A stretch of 64,000 bases of DNA from SAR86 cluster bacterium (GTDB lineage Bacteria > Pseudomonadota > Gammaproteobacteria > Magnimaribacterales > AG-339-G14), in NCBI GenBank assembly GCA_028135785.1, contig JAOIHS010000002.1, positions 6,222 to 70,221 of the forward strand. Reading direction: 5' to 3'. The position numbers and the translations under genes are program-made. The notes beneath the pieces are model-generated. The model did no database searches and was not told the DNA's origin. It saw only the letters and a program-made list of their open reading frames with translations. This document shows, piece by piece, positions 1 through 12,732 of the stretch (position 1 is the first letter of the stretch; each line of letters begins with the position of its first letter).

Positions 1-1895
<1,895 letters not shown>

Positions 1896-2921
1896 TTATA
1901 AATCAATAACGGAATCAAATTTGATATTTTCTATTTTTTTTACTGAAGTTATTATCTTTTGTTGGTTTACTTTTTTTAATGCATTTAAAGCAAGTGATAA
2001 ATTTTCTTCATCTAATTCAGAGGGCAGATCGTCGATGAGATATATAGATTCTTTATCTTCAAGGCTAGAAAAGAAATTACCAAATGATAAAAAGACCAAT
2101 AAAATCAGTAGTTTTTGCTCTCCTCTAGATAATATATTGCCGCTATTCGTTTCAAAAATCTTTATATCTAAATCAAATTTTTGAGGTCCTATAGTTGTAT
2201 ATCCTTTTTCTAGATCTACCAAATAAGACTCTCTAAGTGCCTCTACTAAGCTTACCCCTTTCCACCCTTTGATAAATTCAAAAGACAAATTAGATGATAT
2301 TTCTTTCCATTTAACATTTAAAGGAAGTTCGTTTAAAAAGACCGGAATGGAAGGTATTATTTTATTGAATATTTTCTCTCTTTCTTGTGTGATTAATTCC
2401 GATTGCTCAGTTAATAATTTTGTCCATAAAACTATCTGATCTTCATTCCTGTTTTTTAATGCTATATTCCTAGATCTTAAGATTTTTTTAAATTTTTTAT
2501 GTTCTGCTAGATAGTCATGTTTCACGTGAAACATAAAATAATCCAAAAAATCTCTTCTTGTATCTTTGCTTGTTTCTAAAAAAGCTAAACTAAAGTTATT
2601 TATTAAAAGAGGCAAGGTTTTGAATTTATCATAATCTTTTTTATATCCTATTTTATTTACCTTTGTTCTCCTTCTTTTTTGTAGTGAAAAAATATCTACG
2701 TTATTTTTGCAACTAAGCTCAAAAGACTCGCTATTACAATTTATTAAACTATTGATTGAGGGGGTTCTAAATGATCTAAATTTTAGCAACAAATGAAGTG
2801 CTTCCAAAATTGATGATTTACCTGAGCCATTTTTTCCAGTTACTAATGTAAATGAGTCTAAATTATAAATAGAATCCTCAAAGGATCTAAAATTTTTTAG
2901 GTGAAGATTATTAAATGCCAT
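1896..2921 (-). CDS. recF: DNA replication and repair protein RecF
   Basis: Walker A GKNGSGKSS near the N-terminus, SMC-like C-terminal LLILLVF..IYLIDDLPSELD, and position between dnaN and gyrB. Confidence 0.9.
   Translation of the reverse strand: MAFNNLHLKNFRSFEDSIYNLDSFTLVTGKNGSGKSSILEALHLLLKFRSFRTPSINSLINCNSESFELSCKNNVDIFSLQKRRRTKVNKIGYKKDYDKFKTLPLLINNFSLAFLETSKDTRRDFLDYFMFHVKHDYLAEHKKFKKILRSRNIALKNRNEDQIVLWTKLLTEQSELITQEREKIFNKIIPSIPVFLNELPLNVKWKEISSNLSFEFIKGWKGVSLVEALRESYLVDLEKGYTTIGPQKFDLDIKIFETNSGNILSRGEQKLLILLVFLSFGNFFSSLEDKESIYLIDDLPSELDEENLSLALNALKKVNQQKIITSVKKIENIKFDSVIDL
2518..2533. promoter_or_regulatory. parS centromere-like site (TGTTTCACGTGAAACA), embedded in recF coding sequence
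   Basis: Exact 16-bp palindrome matching the canonical ParB-binding consensus TGTTNCACGTGAAACA. parA and parB are encoded about 9.5 kb away in the same window. Confidence 0.75.
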
Positions 2922-2925
2922 TTAC

Positions 2926-4026
2926 TCATAATCTCATTGGCATGATTACATGAATAAGGTTTTCATCATCTAAATTCTTAACTAAGCAAGAATTTTCTGA
3001 ACCATAGAAAACAAACTCAACATTTTTTTTTGAGATAACAGATAAGGACTCTTGAATATAGGATATGTTAAACCCAATCTCAAAAGAATCACCATCGTAC
3101 TTAACAGGCACCTCTTCTTCAGCGCTTTCTTTACTAGGGTTATTAGCACAAATTTTTAAATTATTTTTTTCTAGAATAAATTTAACTCCTCTATACTTTT
3201 CGTTAGATAAAACAGATGCTCTATTCAAAGCAGTCTGAACTAATGTTTTTTCAACTTGAAGCTTTTGCTCTTCGCCAGAAGGAAATACTTTTTGATAGTC
3301 GGGATAACTTCCTTCAATTAACTTAGATATAAAAGAGAAGTTATCAGAGAAGACTTTTAGTTGGCTTGAATTAAAAGAAATGCTTACATTCTCAGGATAT
3401 AGAGATAAAAGCTTTTGCAATTCCAGTGCTGATTTTCTTGGAATAATTACTTTGTCTTCGAGAAAATCAGTTTTTATTTTGCAAGATGACCAAGCGAGTC
3501 TGTGGCCGTCTGTAGCAACTACATTTATTTGTGTTGGTGAAACCTCTAATAAAACTCCATTTAAATAATATCTTACATCTTGAGATGCCATTGCAAATGA
3601 AGTATTTTCTATTAAGGATGAAAGCTCTTTTCCAGGCAAAGCAACTTCTAATTCAAATTCTGGCTGCTCTATAACTGGAAAGTCGCCAACAGGAAGTGTA
3701 GAAAAATCTGCAAAAAACTTTAAAGCGCTAATTTCTAGCTGATTTTCTATTAATTCGAAGGTTAACATTGTGTCTTCCGGAACCGATCTTATTAAATCTG
3801 CCATCTTTCGGGCTGAAACAGTGGTTTCTCCTGGTGTCTCTATTTGCAAATTTTCTACAATAAATGTTAATTCTATTTCTAAATCAGTGGCTATTAGAGT
3901 TAATTTACTATCGTGTGCTTTTAGAAGTATGTTAGATAAAACAGGAATTGATTGTCTTTTTTCAGCTACTGATGAAACTAAGCTTAATGGCTCTGATATT
4001 TCCTTTTTTTCAACTGTAAATTTCAT
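2926..4026 (-). CDS. dnaN: DNA polymerase III beta sliding clamp
   Basis: 366 aa with clamp-like three-domain length. N-terminus [11 protein letters not shown]......R..IPVLSNILL and C-terminal MPMRL. Lies between dnaA and recF. Confidence 0.95.
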   Translation of the reverse strand: MKFTVEKKEISEPLSLVSSVAEKRQSIPVLSNILLKAHDSKLTLIATDLEIELTFIVENLQIETPGETTVSARKMADLIRSVPEDTMLTFELIENQLEISALKFFADFSTLPVGDFPVIEQPEFELEVALPGKELSSLIENTSFAMASQDVRYYLNGVLLEVSPTQINVVATDGHRLAWSSCKIKTDFLEDKVIIPRKSALELQKLLSLYPENVSISFNSSQLKVFSDNFSFISKLIEGSYPDYQKVFPSGEEQKLQVEKTLVQTALNRASVLSNEKYRGVKFILEKNNLKICANNPSKESAEEEVPVKYDGDSFEIGFNISYIQESLSVISKKNVEFVFYGSENSCLVKNLDDENLIHVIMPMRL

Positions 4027-5357
4027 TATGCTGTTAGAGCTCTTACCAGTTTTTTATAATCTTCTTCTATTCCGTTATCTTCTTCTCTTAAAGCTACTAT
4101 TCTTCTGCAAGCATGAAGAACAGTTGTGTGGTCTCTTCCGCCAAAAGATTCACCTATTTCTGGCAAACTATGATTTGTCAGTTCTTTTGCTAAACTCATT
4201 GACAGCTGCCTAGGTCTTGCCAAAGATCTGTTTCTTTTACTAGATAATAAGTCTGAAAGCTTAATATTATAATAATCCGAGACGGTCTTTTGTATATTAT
4301 CAATACTTACTTGTCTAGCTTGAATTGCTAATAAATCTTTTAAAGACTCCTTGATTAGATTGATATCAATAGGTCTGTTTGTAAATTTGGAATTTGCTCC
4401 AACTCTTTTCAAAGAACCTTCTAATTCTCTGACATTAGATCTTATTTTTTGGGCTATATAAAAAGCGCTGTCTTGAGGAAGATCTATTCCCATTTCCTCT
4501 GATTTACTTAGAAGAATAGCTACTCTGGTTTCTAGTTCTGGAGGCTCCACTACTACTGGAAGACCCCAACCTAATCTAGACTTCAGTCTTTCTTCTAAAC
4601 CATTAATTTCTTTAGGATACCTGTCGCAAGTGAGTATCATTTGTTGACCTCCTTCTAGTAAAGAATTAAAAGTATGGAAAAGTTCTTCTTGAGACTGTTC
4701 TTTTCCAGCAAAAAACTGTATGTCGTCGATCAATAGAGCATCCACTCCTCTATAAAAATTTTTAAATTCGTTTATAGCGCCTAGTTGAAGAGATTTAACC
4801 ATGTCTCCAACAAACCTTTCTGAATGAACGTAAACAATTTTTTTTGATGGGTCTTGTTTTTTTAGTTTATTACCAACTGCGTGCATCAAATGCGTCTTTC
4901 CCAGGCCTACGCCTCCATATATAAAAAGCGGGTTATAAGCATTATCTGGCATTTCTGCTATTTGTTTAGCAGCGGCTAGTGCTACGTTATTAGACTTACC
5001 TTCTACAAAAGTTTCAAAAGTATAATTATCTATCAATGTATTTTCTTGGTTGGCAAATAGAGAAACTGAATTTTTTTTATTTTCCTTTAAATTCAGTACT
5101 TTATGAGTATTCTCTAACTCGTAAATAACTGAAAACTCTTTAACCCCTGAAGCCTTTTCTAATTGAGCTCTAAAATCACTATCTAGATTTATTCTAATAT
5201 GTTCTTTAATAAAATCGTTAGGCGCAAGAATGTAAAAAGTCTTTACTCCGTTGCCGTCTTTAATTTCATCAAACTCCAACGGATTTATCCAAGTAGCGTA
5301 TTCTTCCGCAGAAAGTGAAGATTCAAAGCCTTTTTTACATTTGTTCCAAACTTGCAA
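4026..5357 (-). CDS. dnaA: Chromosomal replication initiator DnaA
   Basis: AAA+ Walker [11 protein letters not shown], Walker B LLIDDIQF, and C-terminal DNA-binding signature [11 protein letters not shown]. Confidence 0.97.
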   Translation of the reverse strand: MQVWNKCKKGFESSLSAEEYATWINPLEFDEIKDGNGVKTFYILAPNDFIKEHIRINLDSDFRAQLEKASGVKEFSVIYELENTHKVLNLKENKKNSVSLFANQENTLIDNYTFETFVEGKSNNVALAAAKQIAEMPDNAYNPLFIYGGVGLGKTHLMHAVGNKLKKQDPSKKIVYVHSERFVGDMVKSLQLGAINEFKNFYRGVDALLIDDIQFFAGKEQSQEELFHTFNSLLEGGQQMILTCDRYPKEINGLEERLKSRLGWGLPVVVEPPELETRVAILLSKSEEMGIDLPQDSAFYIAQKIRSNVRELEGSLKRVGANSKFTNRPIDINLIKESLKDLLAIQARQVSIDNIQKTVSDYYNIKLSDLLSSKRNRSLARPRQLSMSLAKELTNHSLPEIGESFGGRDHTTVLHACRRIVALREEDNGIEEDYKKLVRALTA

Positions 5358-5406
5358 TATTTTCTCCTAATAAATTCAGAATTAATATTAGTATGTTTTT
5401 TTATAC

Positions 5407-5443
5407 TTATCCACAGGGTATCCATTATATAACCTGTGGATAA
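5407..5443. promoter_or_regulatory. Pair of perfect DnaA boxes in inverted orientation (dnaA promoter / candidate oriC core)
   Basis: TTATCCACA at 5407-5415 and TGTGGATAA at 5435-5443. The inverted repeat extends to 11 bp (TTATCCACAGG / CCTGTGGATAA). An AT-rich tract follows at 5450-5495. Located in the divergent dnaA-rpmH spacer. Confidence 0.7.
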
Positions 5444-5520
5444 AGTGTATATAACTATATATTTATGATTTGATTTTTTTTTTAAACACTATAATATCTG
5501 GGTCTCAAACAAACAAAGCA

Positions 5521-5655
5521 ATGAAAAGAACATATCAACCAAGCGTAATAAAAAGAAAGAGAACTCATGGCTTTAGAAAAAGAGCCGCAACTCTAGGCGG
5601 TCAAGCTGTTTTAAAAAGAAGAAGAGCCAAAGGAAGAAAGTCCTTATCTGTTTAA
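5521..5655 (+). CDS. rpmH: 50S ribosomal protein L34
   Basis: [21 protein letters not shown]..., 44 aa. The ATG at 5521 is preferred over the upstream start given in the track. Confidence 0.95.
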   Translation: MKRTYQPSVIKRKRTHGFRKRAATLGGQAVLKRRRAKGRKSLSV

Positions 5656-5659
5656 TCTT

Positions 5660-5995
5660 TTGGATTTAAAACCCCTAAAAAAAGAAGACGAGTTTACATT
5701 TGTTTTTAAAAACAAAATAGAGTCTATTAACATTAATAGTTACAGGGCCATGTTAACTTGGAATGATTCCGGGAATATAAACTACGGCTTCATACTACCG
5801 AGAAAATATTTGAAACTTGCCGTTAATAGGAACTACATTAGAAGGCTTGTTAAACAAACATTGAGAGAGCTTGATACAGCTAAAGGTTTTAATTTTATAT
5901 TTATGATTCGTTCAAAAATAGCTTCATTTGAAAAAGAAGAAGTAAAAAAAAATATCGAAGAATTAAAAAGAAAGTTAGAATTAGCCCTGCGATAA
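5660..5995 (+). CDS. rnpA: RNase P protein component
   Basis: Small basic protein directly after rpmH (conserved rpmH-rnpA-yidD-yidC order). Contains KLAVNRNYIRR-type basic motif. TTG start. Confidence 0.85.
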   Translation: MDLKPLKKEDEFTFVFKNKIESININSYRAMLTWNDSGNINYGFILPRKYLKLAVNRNYIRRLVKQTLRELDTAKGFNFIFMIRSKIASFEKEEVKKNIEELKRKLELALR

Positions 5996-6017
5996 ATAAA
6001 TTCAAACTATTAAAAAA

Positions 6018-6260
6018 ATGAAAAATTATCTGAAAAAAATTACTAAAAATAGTCTGATTTTTTTAGTTAAACTTTACCAATATCTAATAAGTCCTTTGCT
6101 CGGACCTAATTGTAGATTTCAACCAACATGTAGCGCCTACTTATTAGAAAGCGTTGAAAAACATGGACTGCGTACCGGGTTGAAATTAGGATTTAAAAGA
6201 ATATCGAAATGTCATCCCTGGGGAGGTCATGGTTTAGATCTCGTCCCAGATAAAAAATAA
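6018..6260 (+). CDS. yidD: Membrane protein insertion efficiency factor YidD
   Basis: Motifs CRFQPTCSAY and KCHPWGG. Position upstream of yidC. Confidence 0.87.
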   Translation: MKNYLKKITKNSLIFLVKLYQYLISPLLGPNCRFQPTCSAYLLESVEKHGLRTGLKLGFKRISKCHPWGGHGLDLVPDKK

Positions 6261-6265
6261 AAATC

Positions 6266-7900
6266 ATGGAAAGCTTTCAAAGATATTTTTTAATATTTTC
6301 AATCATGATCTTTTCTTATTTCTTGATAATAAGATGGGATCCTCCAAAAGAAGACTTAGCAGAGTCAATAATTGTAGAACCTTTTGCTGATAGTGAGTAC
6401 TTACAATCAATTGAAAATGAATCGCCCAATGCAGACTTTACAAATGATTTAGCCCTTAACACTAACCTATGTGAAAACATAATAAAGACATCGATAAAAA
6501 CGCCTCTTTGGTCTCTGGAGCTGGACTTAAATAATGCTGAGCTTGTTAAAGCCGAACTAAAAGAATTTCCAACAGAAATAGATTCCAATAGTGGAAAAGT
6601 ATTATTTAATAAGTGTGGGTCTGAAAATTATTCTCACAAAAGTGGATTTGCTTTTGTAGATAAATCATTAAAATTTGGTTTTGAAAATTTTGTTAAGGCT
6701 GGGTCGTATATTGCAGATGAAAAGAAGTTTATTATTTACGAAAAAACAGAAAATAATTTCCTTTTAAGAAAAACTTTAAGTTATTCAGAAAATGATTATT
6801 TTATCGATATTGAAGATTCAATTTCCAATCAATCTTCTGAAACAAAAAATTTAGCACCCTACTCTAAAATTGATCGAGCTAATATTGATTTGCTAGAAAA
6901 TAGTTCTATTTTTAATCCAGCAAGCTTTGCCTATTTAGGGCCTGCTTTCCAAACCTCAGCTGATAACTACGAGAAAATATCTTTTGGAGATATTAAAGAA
7001 AATAATTTTAGGCAAGTTTCAGACAAAGGCTGGGTGTCCATGATTGAACATTATTTTATTACTGCAATTATTCCTGTTCAGGGAGAAAATTTAATTTACC
7101 AAGCAAAACAAGCCTCTACTTTAAATACATTTTCAGCCGGAGTTGTCGGAGCTACTGAACCTCTTTTGCCAGGTGAAAGCAGAGCATTTAAACAAAAAAT
7201 TTATTTTGGACCGAAAATCAAGCAAGAATTGCTAAAAACTCATCCAGATCTAGATTTAGCAATAGATTATGGTTGGCTTTGGTGGATAGGACAGCCTATG
7301 TATGCAGCAATGAAAGGATTTCATGCGTTAACTGGAAATTGGGGTTGGTCCATAGTTTTGGTTACTATTCTGATAAAATTACTTTTATGGCCTTTATCCA
7401 TGGTTTCATACCGTAATATGGGCAAAATGAGAGCAGTACAGCCTCAGATGCAAGAAATACAGCAAAGATTTGCTGATGATCGCCAAGCTCTGTCGAAAGC
7501 CATGATGGACCTTTATAAGAAGGAAAAAGTAAATCCAGCACTAGGGTGTTTACCAATGCTGATGCAAATGCCCTTCTTTTTAGCTTTTTATTGGGTGCTT
7601 ATAGAAACAGTAGAATTAAAATATGCGCCTTTTATGTTTTGGATCACAGACCTTTCTTCGCGGGATCCGCTTTTTATTCTTCCTGTTTTAAACATGGCAG
7701 CAATGTGGGGAATGCAGCAGTTACAACCGCAACCTGTTGGAGCGGATCCGATCCAGGCCAATGTTTTTAAGTACATGCCATTAATCTTCGGCGTAATGTT
7801 TGCACTGTTTCCTGCTGGTTTAGTCCTTTATTGGTTTTTGAACTCTCTTATATCGGCAATACAAATGGTTCTTCATGGGCCAAAAAGAGAGAGAGCCTAA
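6266..7900 (+). CDS. yidC: Membrane protein insertase YidC
   Basis: 544 aa with an N-terminal TM, a large periplasmic domain, and a C-terminal 60 kDa-insertase core (WGWSIVLVTILIKLLLWPL, LGCLPMLMQMPFF). Confidence 0.95.
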   Translation: MESFQRYFLIFSIMIFSYFLIIRWDPPKEDLAESIIVEPFADSEYLQSIENESPNADFTNDLALNTNLCENIIKTSIKTPLWSLELDLNNAELVKAELKEFPTEIDSNSGKVLFNKCGSENYSHKSGFAFVDKSLKFGFENFVKAGSYIADEKKFIIYEKTENNFLLRKTLSYSENDYFIDIEDSISNQSSETKNLAPYSKIDRANIDLLENSSIFNPASFAYLGPAFQTSADNYEKISFGDIKENNFRQVSDKGWVSMIEHYFITAIIPVQGENLIYQAKQASTLNTFSAGVVGATEPLLPGESRAFKQKIYFGPKIKQELLKTHPDLDLAIDYGWLWWIGQPMYAAMKGFHALTGNWGWSIVLVTILIKLLLWPLSMVSYRNMGKMRAVQPQMQEIQQRFADDRQALSKAMMDLYKKEKVNPALGCLPMLMQMPFFLAFYWVLIETVELKYAPFMFWITDLSSRDPLFILPVLNMAAMWGMQQLQPQPVGADPIQANVFKYMPLIFGVMFALFPAGLVLYWFLNSLISAIQMVLHGPKRERA

Positions 7901-7912
7901 ACTTTAGTTGTT

Positions 7913-9220
7913 TTGATTAGTCTTGAGGATACAATAGTTGCTTGCTCTTCACCGCTCGGTGTGGGAGCTATTTCTAGTATAAGAGTTTCGGGTCCTGATT
8001 CTGGAGAGGTTTACACAAAAATTTCTTGTAAAGAATTAGTACATTTTAATGTAATTATTAAAGAAATTCCTCTTGCTGTTGATATAAAAGAGAAGTGTGT
8101 ACTTACTTCCTATAAAAATCCTAGTTCGTATACTGGTGAAGATTCTTTCGAGATATCTTGCCACGGAAATCCCTTAATTGTTGATCTTATAATTGATCAT
8201 CTAATATCTTTAGGATGTCGTTTGGCCGAACCAGGAGAATTTACGATGCGGTCTTTTTTGAATGGTAAAATAGGTCTTGTGGAGGCTGAAGCTGTATCTG
8301 ATCTAATTCACGCTGAAACTTTGGAAAAGGTAAGAGCGGTTGGAAGGTCTTTAAAAGGGGAATTCACAACAGAAATAGATAAAATTATATTAAATTTAAG
8401 AGAAATTAGAACACTTGTAGAAAGTGAGATAGATTTTAACGATCAAGAAATTAACATAGATTTTAGCCGCATTAAAGGAAACTTAGAGTCTTTTAGCAAT
8501 CTTTTGTCTTCTTTTATAAGCACGACAGAAGAGGCCGTTTATTTAAATGAGGGAATTAATACGGTCATTACAGGCCCTACTAATGTGGGAAAGTCTACTC
8601 TAATGAACTATTTATCTAAAAATGAGACATCTATCGTCTCCGAAATATCTGGTACGACCAGAGATTTGGTATCAAAGTCTTTTAAAATCGGCAATCATGT
8701 TTTTAATTTTTGTGATACTGCAGGCATAACAAAAGATTCCTCTGACCCTATAGAAAGAAAGGGAATCTCAATGGCGGAGAAAGCTCTTCTTGAGTGTGAT
8801 CTAGTAATAGAGCTTGTAGATGACAAAAATATTAACTACAAAAAAGTTTATCCAGATAAAAAGGTTCTGAGGGTAATTAACAAAATTGATAGGTTTAAAA
8901 ATAAAGACACTGGGTTGCTGGGTATTTCTTTGAAAACTAAAACTAATTTAGAGAATCTTGAAGAGGCACTTATAAAAACAGCATTTGGATCAGGGAAACC
9001 AAAGTTAAAAAGCTTTTCAGCTCGTTCGAGACATTTGGGTCTGTTACGTGAGTGTTATAAAGAAATTGAAGCTGCCAATGTTATAGATATTGAGGACTCT
9101 ATAGAATTGTTTGCAGAACATTTAAAACTTGGAAGTCTTAAACTTGGACAAATAAAAAATCCATATTCTTCAGATGACTTGCTTGGAGATATATTCGCTA
9201 ATTTTTGCATAGGAAAATAA
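7913..9220 (+). CDS. mnmE: tRNA modification GTPase MnmE
   Basis: G-domain GPTNVGKSTL, DTAGI and NKID, plus the C-terminal CIGK tetrapeptide. Confidence 0.93.
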   Translation: MISLEDTIVACSSPLGVGAISSIRVSGPDSGEVYTKISCKELVHFNVIIKEIPLAVDIKEKCVLTSYKNPSSYTGEDSFEISCHGNPLIVDLIIDHLISLGCRLAEPGEFTMRSFLNGKIGLVEAEAVSDLIHAETLEKVRAVGRSLKGEFTTEIDKIILNLREIRTLVESEIDFNDQEINIDFSRIKGNLESFSNLLSSFISTTEEAVYLNEGINTVITGPTNVGKSTLMNYLSKNETSIVSEISGTTRDLVSKSFKIGNHVFNFCDTAGITKDSSDPIERKGISMAEKALLECDLVIELVDDKNINYKKVYPDKKVLRVINKIDRFKNKDTGLLGISLKTKTNLENLEEALIKTAFGSGKPKLKSFSARSRHLGLLRECYKEIEAANVIDIEDSIELFAEHLKLGSLKLGQIKNPYSSDDLLGDIFANFCIGK

Positions 9221-9475
9221 AACTGTTTGTTTCTTGTTAGTAAATAGTTATCTCTAAGTTAACAAATCAGGTGCCAAATTTATTGCTCTAATTAATACAG
9301 AAGGTATTACAGGTTCTTAACTTTTTAAACCTTATTTAATAACAGGGTTTGGATTAGCTACGAGATAAACTATAGTTGCGTTACGTGAGTTACTAACAGA
9401 AAAACGCACCCTTAATAATAACAACAATAATATAAGTATATATATAAAATTAATATCAATATTAATAATTAAAAA

Positions 9476-11368
9476 ATGAATTTTGAAATAATTGTAATCG
9501 GTGGGGGCCATGCTGGCACAGAAGCAGCTTACACGAGTAGCAGGTTTGGAAAAAAGACTTGTTTGGTAACGCAATCAAAAAAAGCTATTGGCCAAATGTC
9601 TTGTAATCCTGCGATAGGAGGGATAGGTAAAAGCCACTTAGTTAGAGAAATAGATGCAATGGGAGGGCTTATGGCGGATTGCGCTGATAAGGCGGGCATT
9701 CATTTTAGAGTCCTGAATTCTTCAAAGGGGCCAGCAGTTAGAGCAACTAGGTGCCAGGCAGATAGAGATTTATATAGTACTTCAGTTAAAGATATTATAA
9801 ATAGTGAGCACTTACTAACAGTTATCGAGAGCGAGGTTATAGGCTTAGATATATCTAACAATAAAGTTACGGGTGTTCAACTTAAGAACGGTGAAAAACT
9901 ATCTTCACTGAAAGTCATATTAACGGCAGGAACTTTTTTAAATGGCAAATTATTCACTGGAGATGAAGCCACAGAAGGAGGAAGGATTGGAGAAAAACCT
10001 TCAAAGAATTTAGCGGATTATTTGGCAGATCTTGAAATGGGTACCGGTAGATTAAAAACAGGAACGCCGCCAAGAATTTTATCGAAATCTGTAGATTGGG
10101 AGAAGACAATTGAGCAACGAGGGGATAACCCAAGACCAGCAATGTCTTTTCATAATTCTCCTGAAATTCATCCTAATCAGATTAGCTGTTTTTTAACAAG
10201 AACTAACGAAGAAACACACGAGCACATAAAAAAGGGGATAGATAAATCTCCAATGTTCTCTGGAAAAATAGAAGGAGTGGGCCCTCGTTATTGCCCTTCT
10301 ATAGAAGATAAAATTTATCGCTTTGCAGACAAGCTTTCTCATCAAATATTCATAGAACCAGAGGGCTTAAAATCAGAACTAATATATCCAAACGGAATAT
10401 CAACTAGCATGCCGGCTGTTATTCAGGATGCAATGGTTAGCTCTATAAAGGGTTTCGAGAATGCAAAAATAGCTCAGTATGGTTATGCCGTTGAATATGA
10501 CTTTTTTGACCCAAGAGGTTTGAAACACACCCTAGAAACAAAAAAAATAAAAGGTCTTTATTTTGCAGGTCAAATAAACGGAACCACAGGATATGAAGAG
10601 GCAGCAGCTCAAGGGTTAGCAGCTTCTATAAATGCATGTTTATCCATAGACGAGAAAGAACCATGGATATCTGGACGAGATAATAGTTATATCGGGGTAT
10701 TAATTGATGACTTAGTAACATTAGGGACAAAAGAACCTTATAGGATGTTCACCAGCAGAGCTGAGCATAGACTAATTTTGCGAGAAGATAATGCGGATCA
10801 AAGACTAACACCAGAGGCCAGAAAAATGGGATTGGTAAGCGATATTAATTGGAACAACTTCGAAAAAAAACTATTAATGATAGAAAAAGAAAAAAATAGG
10901 TTGAAAAGTATAAAAATAGACAGGAAGAGCTTACCGAACTCAGAAACAACTGCAAAAAACAAAACGGCAGAAAAAATATCAGCTTTAGAGGCCCTCAGAA
11001 GACCTGAGGTTAATTATCAGGAGCTTTGTCTTCAACTAGGAATAGAAGAGGCTGAAGAAAAAGTTTCTCTTGATGTCGTAACTCAAGAAAAATACTCTGG
11101 ATATATATCTAGACAGAATAAAGAAATCAAAAAAGTTCAAAAAAATGAGAACGCCTTAATACCGGAATCTATTATTTACAAAGAAATAAAAGGGCTTTCT
11201 AATGAGTCAAAACAAAAACTAACCCAAGTTAGGCCAAGAACATTAGCTCACGCCCAAAGAATTCCTGGAATGACTCCTGCAGCAATCTCTCTTTTATTGG
11301 TGCACTTGAAAAAAGCTTCTACCAGTAACAAAAAAAATGTTAATAAAGAAGCTCCTGAAAGAATCTAG
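9476..11368 (+). CDS. mnmG: tRNA uridine 5-carboxymethylaminomethyl modification enzyme MnmG (GidA)
   Basis: N-terminal FAD fold [23 protein letters not shown], 630 aa. Confidence 0.97.
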   Translation: MNFEIIVIGGGHAGTEAAYTSSRFGKKTCLVTQSKKAIGQMSCNPAIGGIGKSHLVREIDAMGGLMADCADKAGIHFRVLNSSKGPAVRATRCQADRDLYSTSVKDIINSEHLLTVIESEVIGLDISNNKVTGVQLKNGEKLSSLKVILTAGTFLNGKLFTGDEATEGGRIGEKPSKNLADYLADLEMGTGRLKTGTPPRILSKSVDWEKTIEQRGDNPRPAMSFHNSPEIHPNQISCFLTRTNEETHEHIKKGIDKSPMFSGKIEGVGPRYCPSIEDKIYRFADKLSHQIFIEPEGLKSELIYPNGISTSMPAVIQDAMVSSIKGFENAKIAQYGYAVEYDFFDPRGLKHTLETKKIKGLYFAGQINGTTGYEEAAAQGLAASINACLSIDEKEPWISGRDNSYIGVLIDDLVTLGTKEPYRMFTSRAEHRLILREDNADQRLTPEARKMGLVSDINWNNFEKKLLMIEKEKNRLKSIKIDRKSLPNSETTAKNKTAEKISALEALRRPEVNYQELCLQLGIEEAEEKVSLDVVTQEKYSGYISRQNKEIKKVQKNENALIPESIIYKEIKGLSNESKQKLTQVRPRTLAHAQRIPGMTPAAISLLLVHLKKASTSNKKNVNKEAPERI

Positions 11369-11939
11369 TCAAGAAATAGACCAAATCGTAGAAGACAAAC
11401 TAGAAAAATATCTAGTGCTCTTGTGCAAGTGGAACAAAACAAGAAACCTGGTTTCAAGAAATCTGAGCAGAGTAGAGTTAGCAAAACACATTTATGATTG
11501 TATTTGCTTAATGCCGCTTTTAGACGATAAACCCATAATAGATATAGGAACGGGTGCAGGTTTACCGGGAATCATAGTTAACATAATGGATGAGAATAAA
11601 AGTGTGACACTTATTGAGCCAAATAAAAAAAAGATCTCTTTCTTATTACACATTCAAGCAGACATGGGCTTAAAAAATTTGATAATAAAAGAAGAAAGGC
11701 TTGAGGACGCAGTATTTAACAGCGAAGGAACAATTGTAACCAGAGCATTTACTGAACCGAATAAATTCATACAATTATTAGAAAAAAAGAACATAAAAAA
11801 CAATAGAATAATAATGATGGTCTCTGAAGATATAAAAATCTTAAACCCAAACTGGCAGACTGTTTATACAACCTCAGAAGCCGAGCAAGTGTTAGAAAAA
11901 AAACGGGGTTTTTTGAATATTTCTCGTAACAAAAACTGA
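11337..11939 (+). CDS. rsmG: 16S rRNA (guanine527-N7)-methyltransferase RsmG (GidB)
   Basis: SAM motif [10 protein letters not shown]. Follows mnmG. The start is uncertain because the ORF overlaps the mnmG 3' end by 32 nt. Confidence 0.85.
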   Translation: MLIKKLLKESSQEIDQIVEDKLEKYLVLLCKWNKTRNLVSRNLSRVELAKHIYDCICLMPLLDDKPIIDIGTGAGLPGIIVNIMDENKSVTLIEPNKKKISFLLHIQADMGLKNLIIKEERLEDAVFNSEGTIVTRAFTEPNKFIQLLEKKNIKNNRIIMMVSEDIKILNPNWQTVYTTSEAEQVLEKKRGFLNISRNKN

Positions 11940-11949
11940 TATAGTATTT

Positions 11950-12732
11950 TTGTTGATTACTTTAGTCGTTGCTAACCAAAAAGGAGGTGTGGGAAAAACC
12001 ACAACCGCTTTAAATTTAGCCGCCTCGCTCTCGGCAGCATCCAGGAAGGTTCTTTTAGTAGATCTAGATTCGCAAGGAAACTCAACTACTGGAATAGGAA
12101 AGGAAAAGAGAAAAGAAAATAACTCTTTAATAGATGTCTTGGTAAAGAACGACGGCCTCTTAAATTTAGTAATAGAGGAAACTAGATACAAATTTGATTT
12201 AATCCCCGCTAGTTCTGATTTGATATCAGCAGAAATAGAATTAAGCTCGCTCAAGAATCCCACAGCAATTTTGAGAAGCAAGCTCTTACAAGTTGCTAGC
12301 AAATATGACTATATAGTTATTGATTGCCCGCCTTCACTTGGAATGCTTTCAGTCAGCGCGTTAAGAGCTGCTTCAAAAGTTTTAATCCCGCTGCAATGTG
12401 AATATTACTCATTAGAAGGGTTAGCAGCCATGAATAAAACAATTAAAGAAATAAACGAGGCAACTGGAGAGAGCATCGAGATTGATGGAATTCTTAGAAC
12501 AATGTATGACTCAAGGATTAGACTATCTAGAGAGGTATCTAAGGAGCTCGAAGAGCATTTTTCAGAAAAGCTTTGCGATACCGTTATTCCGAGAAACGTA
12601 AAATTAGCTGAGGCACCTAGTTTTGGAATGCCTGCTTTGTATTACGAACCAGAAGCGAAAGGAACACTTGCATATTTGGCGTTAGCCGGTGAAATTATTA
12701 ATAAGTTTGAAAATAATCAGGTGGCAATTTAA
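11950..12732 (+). CDS. parA: Chromosome partitioning ATPase ParA (Soj)
   Basis: Deviant Walker A NQKGGVGKTTT, Walker B-like IVIDCPPSLG. Confidence 0.93.
   Translation: MLITLVVANQKGGVGKTTTALNLAASLSAASRKVLLVDLDSQGNSTTGIGKEKRKENNSLIDVLVKNDGLLNLVIEETRYKFDLIPASSDLISAEIELSSLKNPTAILRSKLLQVASKYDYIVIDCPPSLGMLSVSALRAASKVLIPLQCEYYSLEGLAAMNKTIKEINEATGESIEIDGILRTMYDSRIRLSREVSKELEEHFSEKLCDTVIPRNVKLAEAPSFGMPALYYEPEAKGTLAYLALAGEIINKFENNQVAI

Noticed and set aside
9221-9475. The 255-bp AT-rich mnmE-mnmG spacer as oriC (as in E. coli/Vibrio, where oriC neighbours gidA)
   Set aside because: I found no 9-mer within one mismatch of TTATCCACA on either strand and no GATC clusters. The perfect DnaA boxes and the strand switch are at dnaA-rpmH instead. 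This spacer is more likely the mnmG promoter region.
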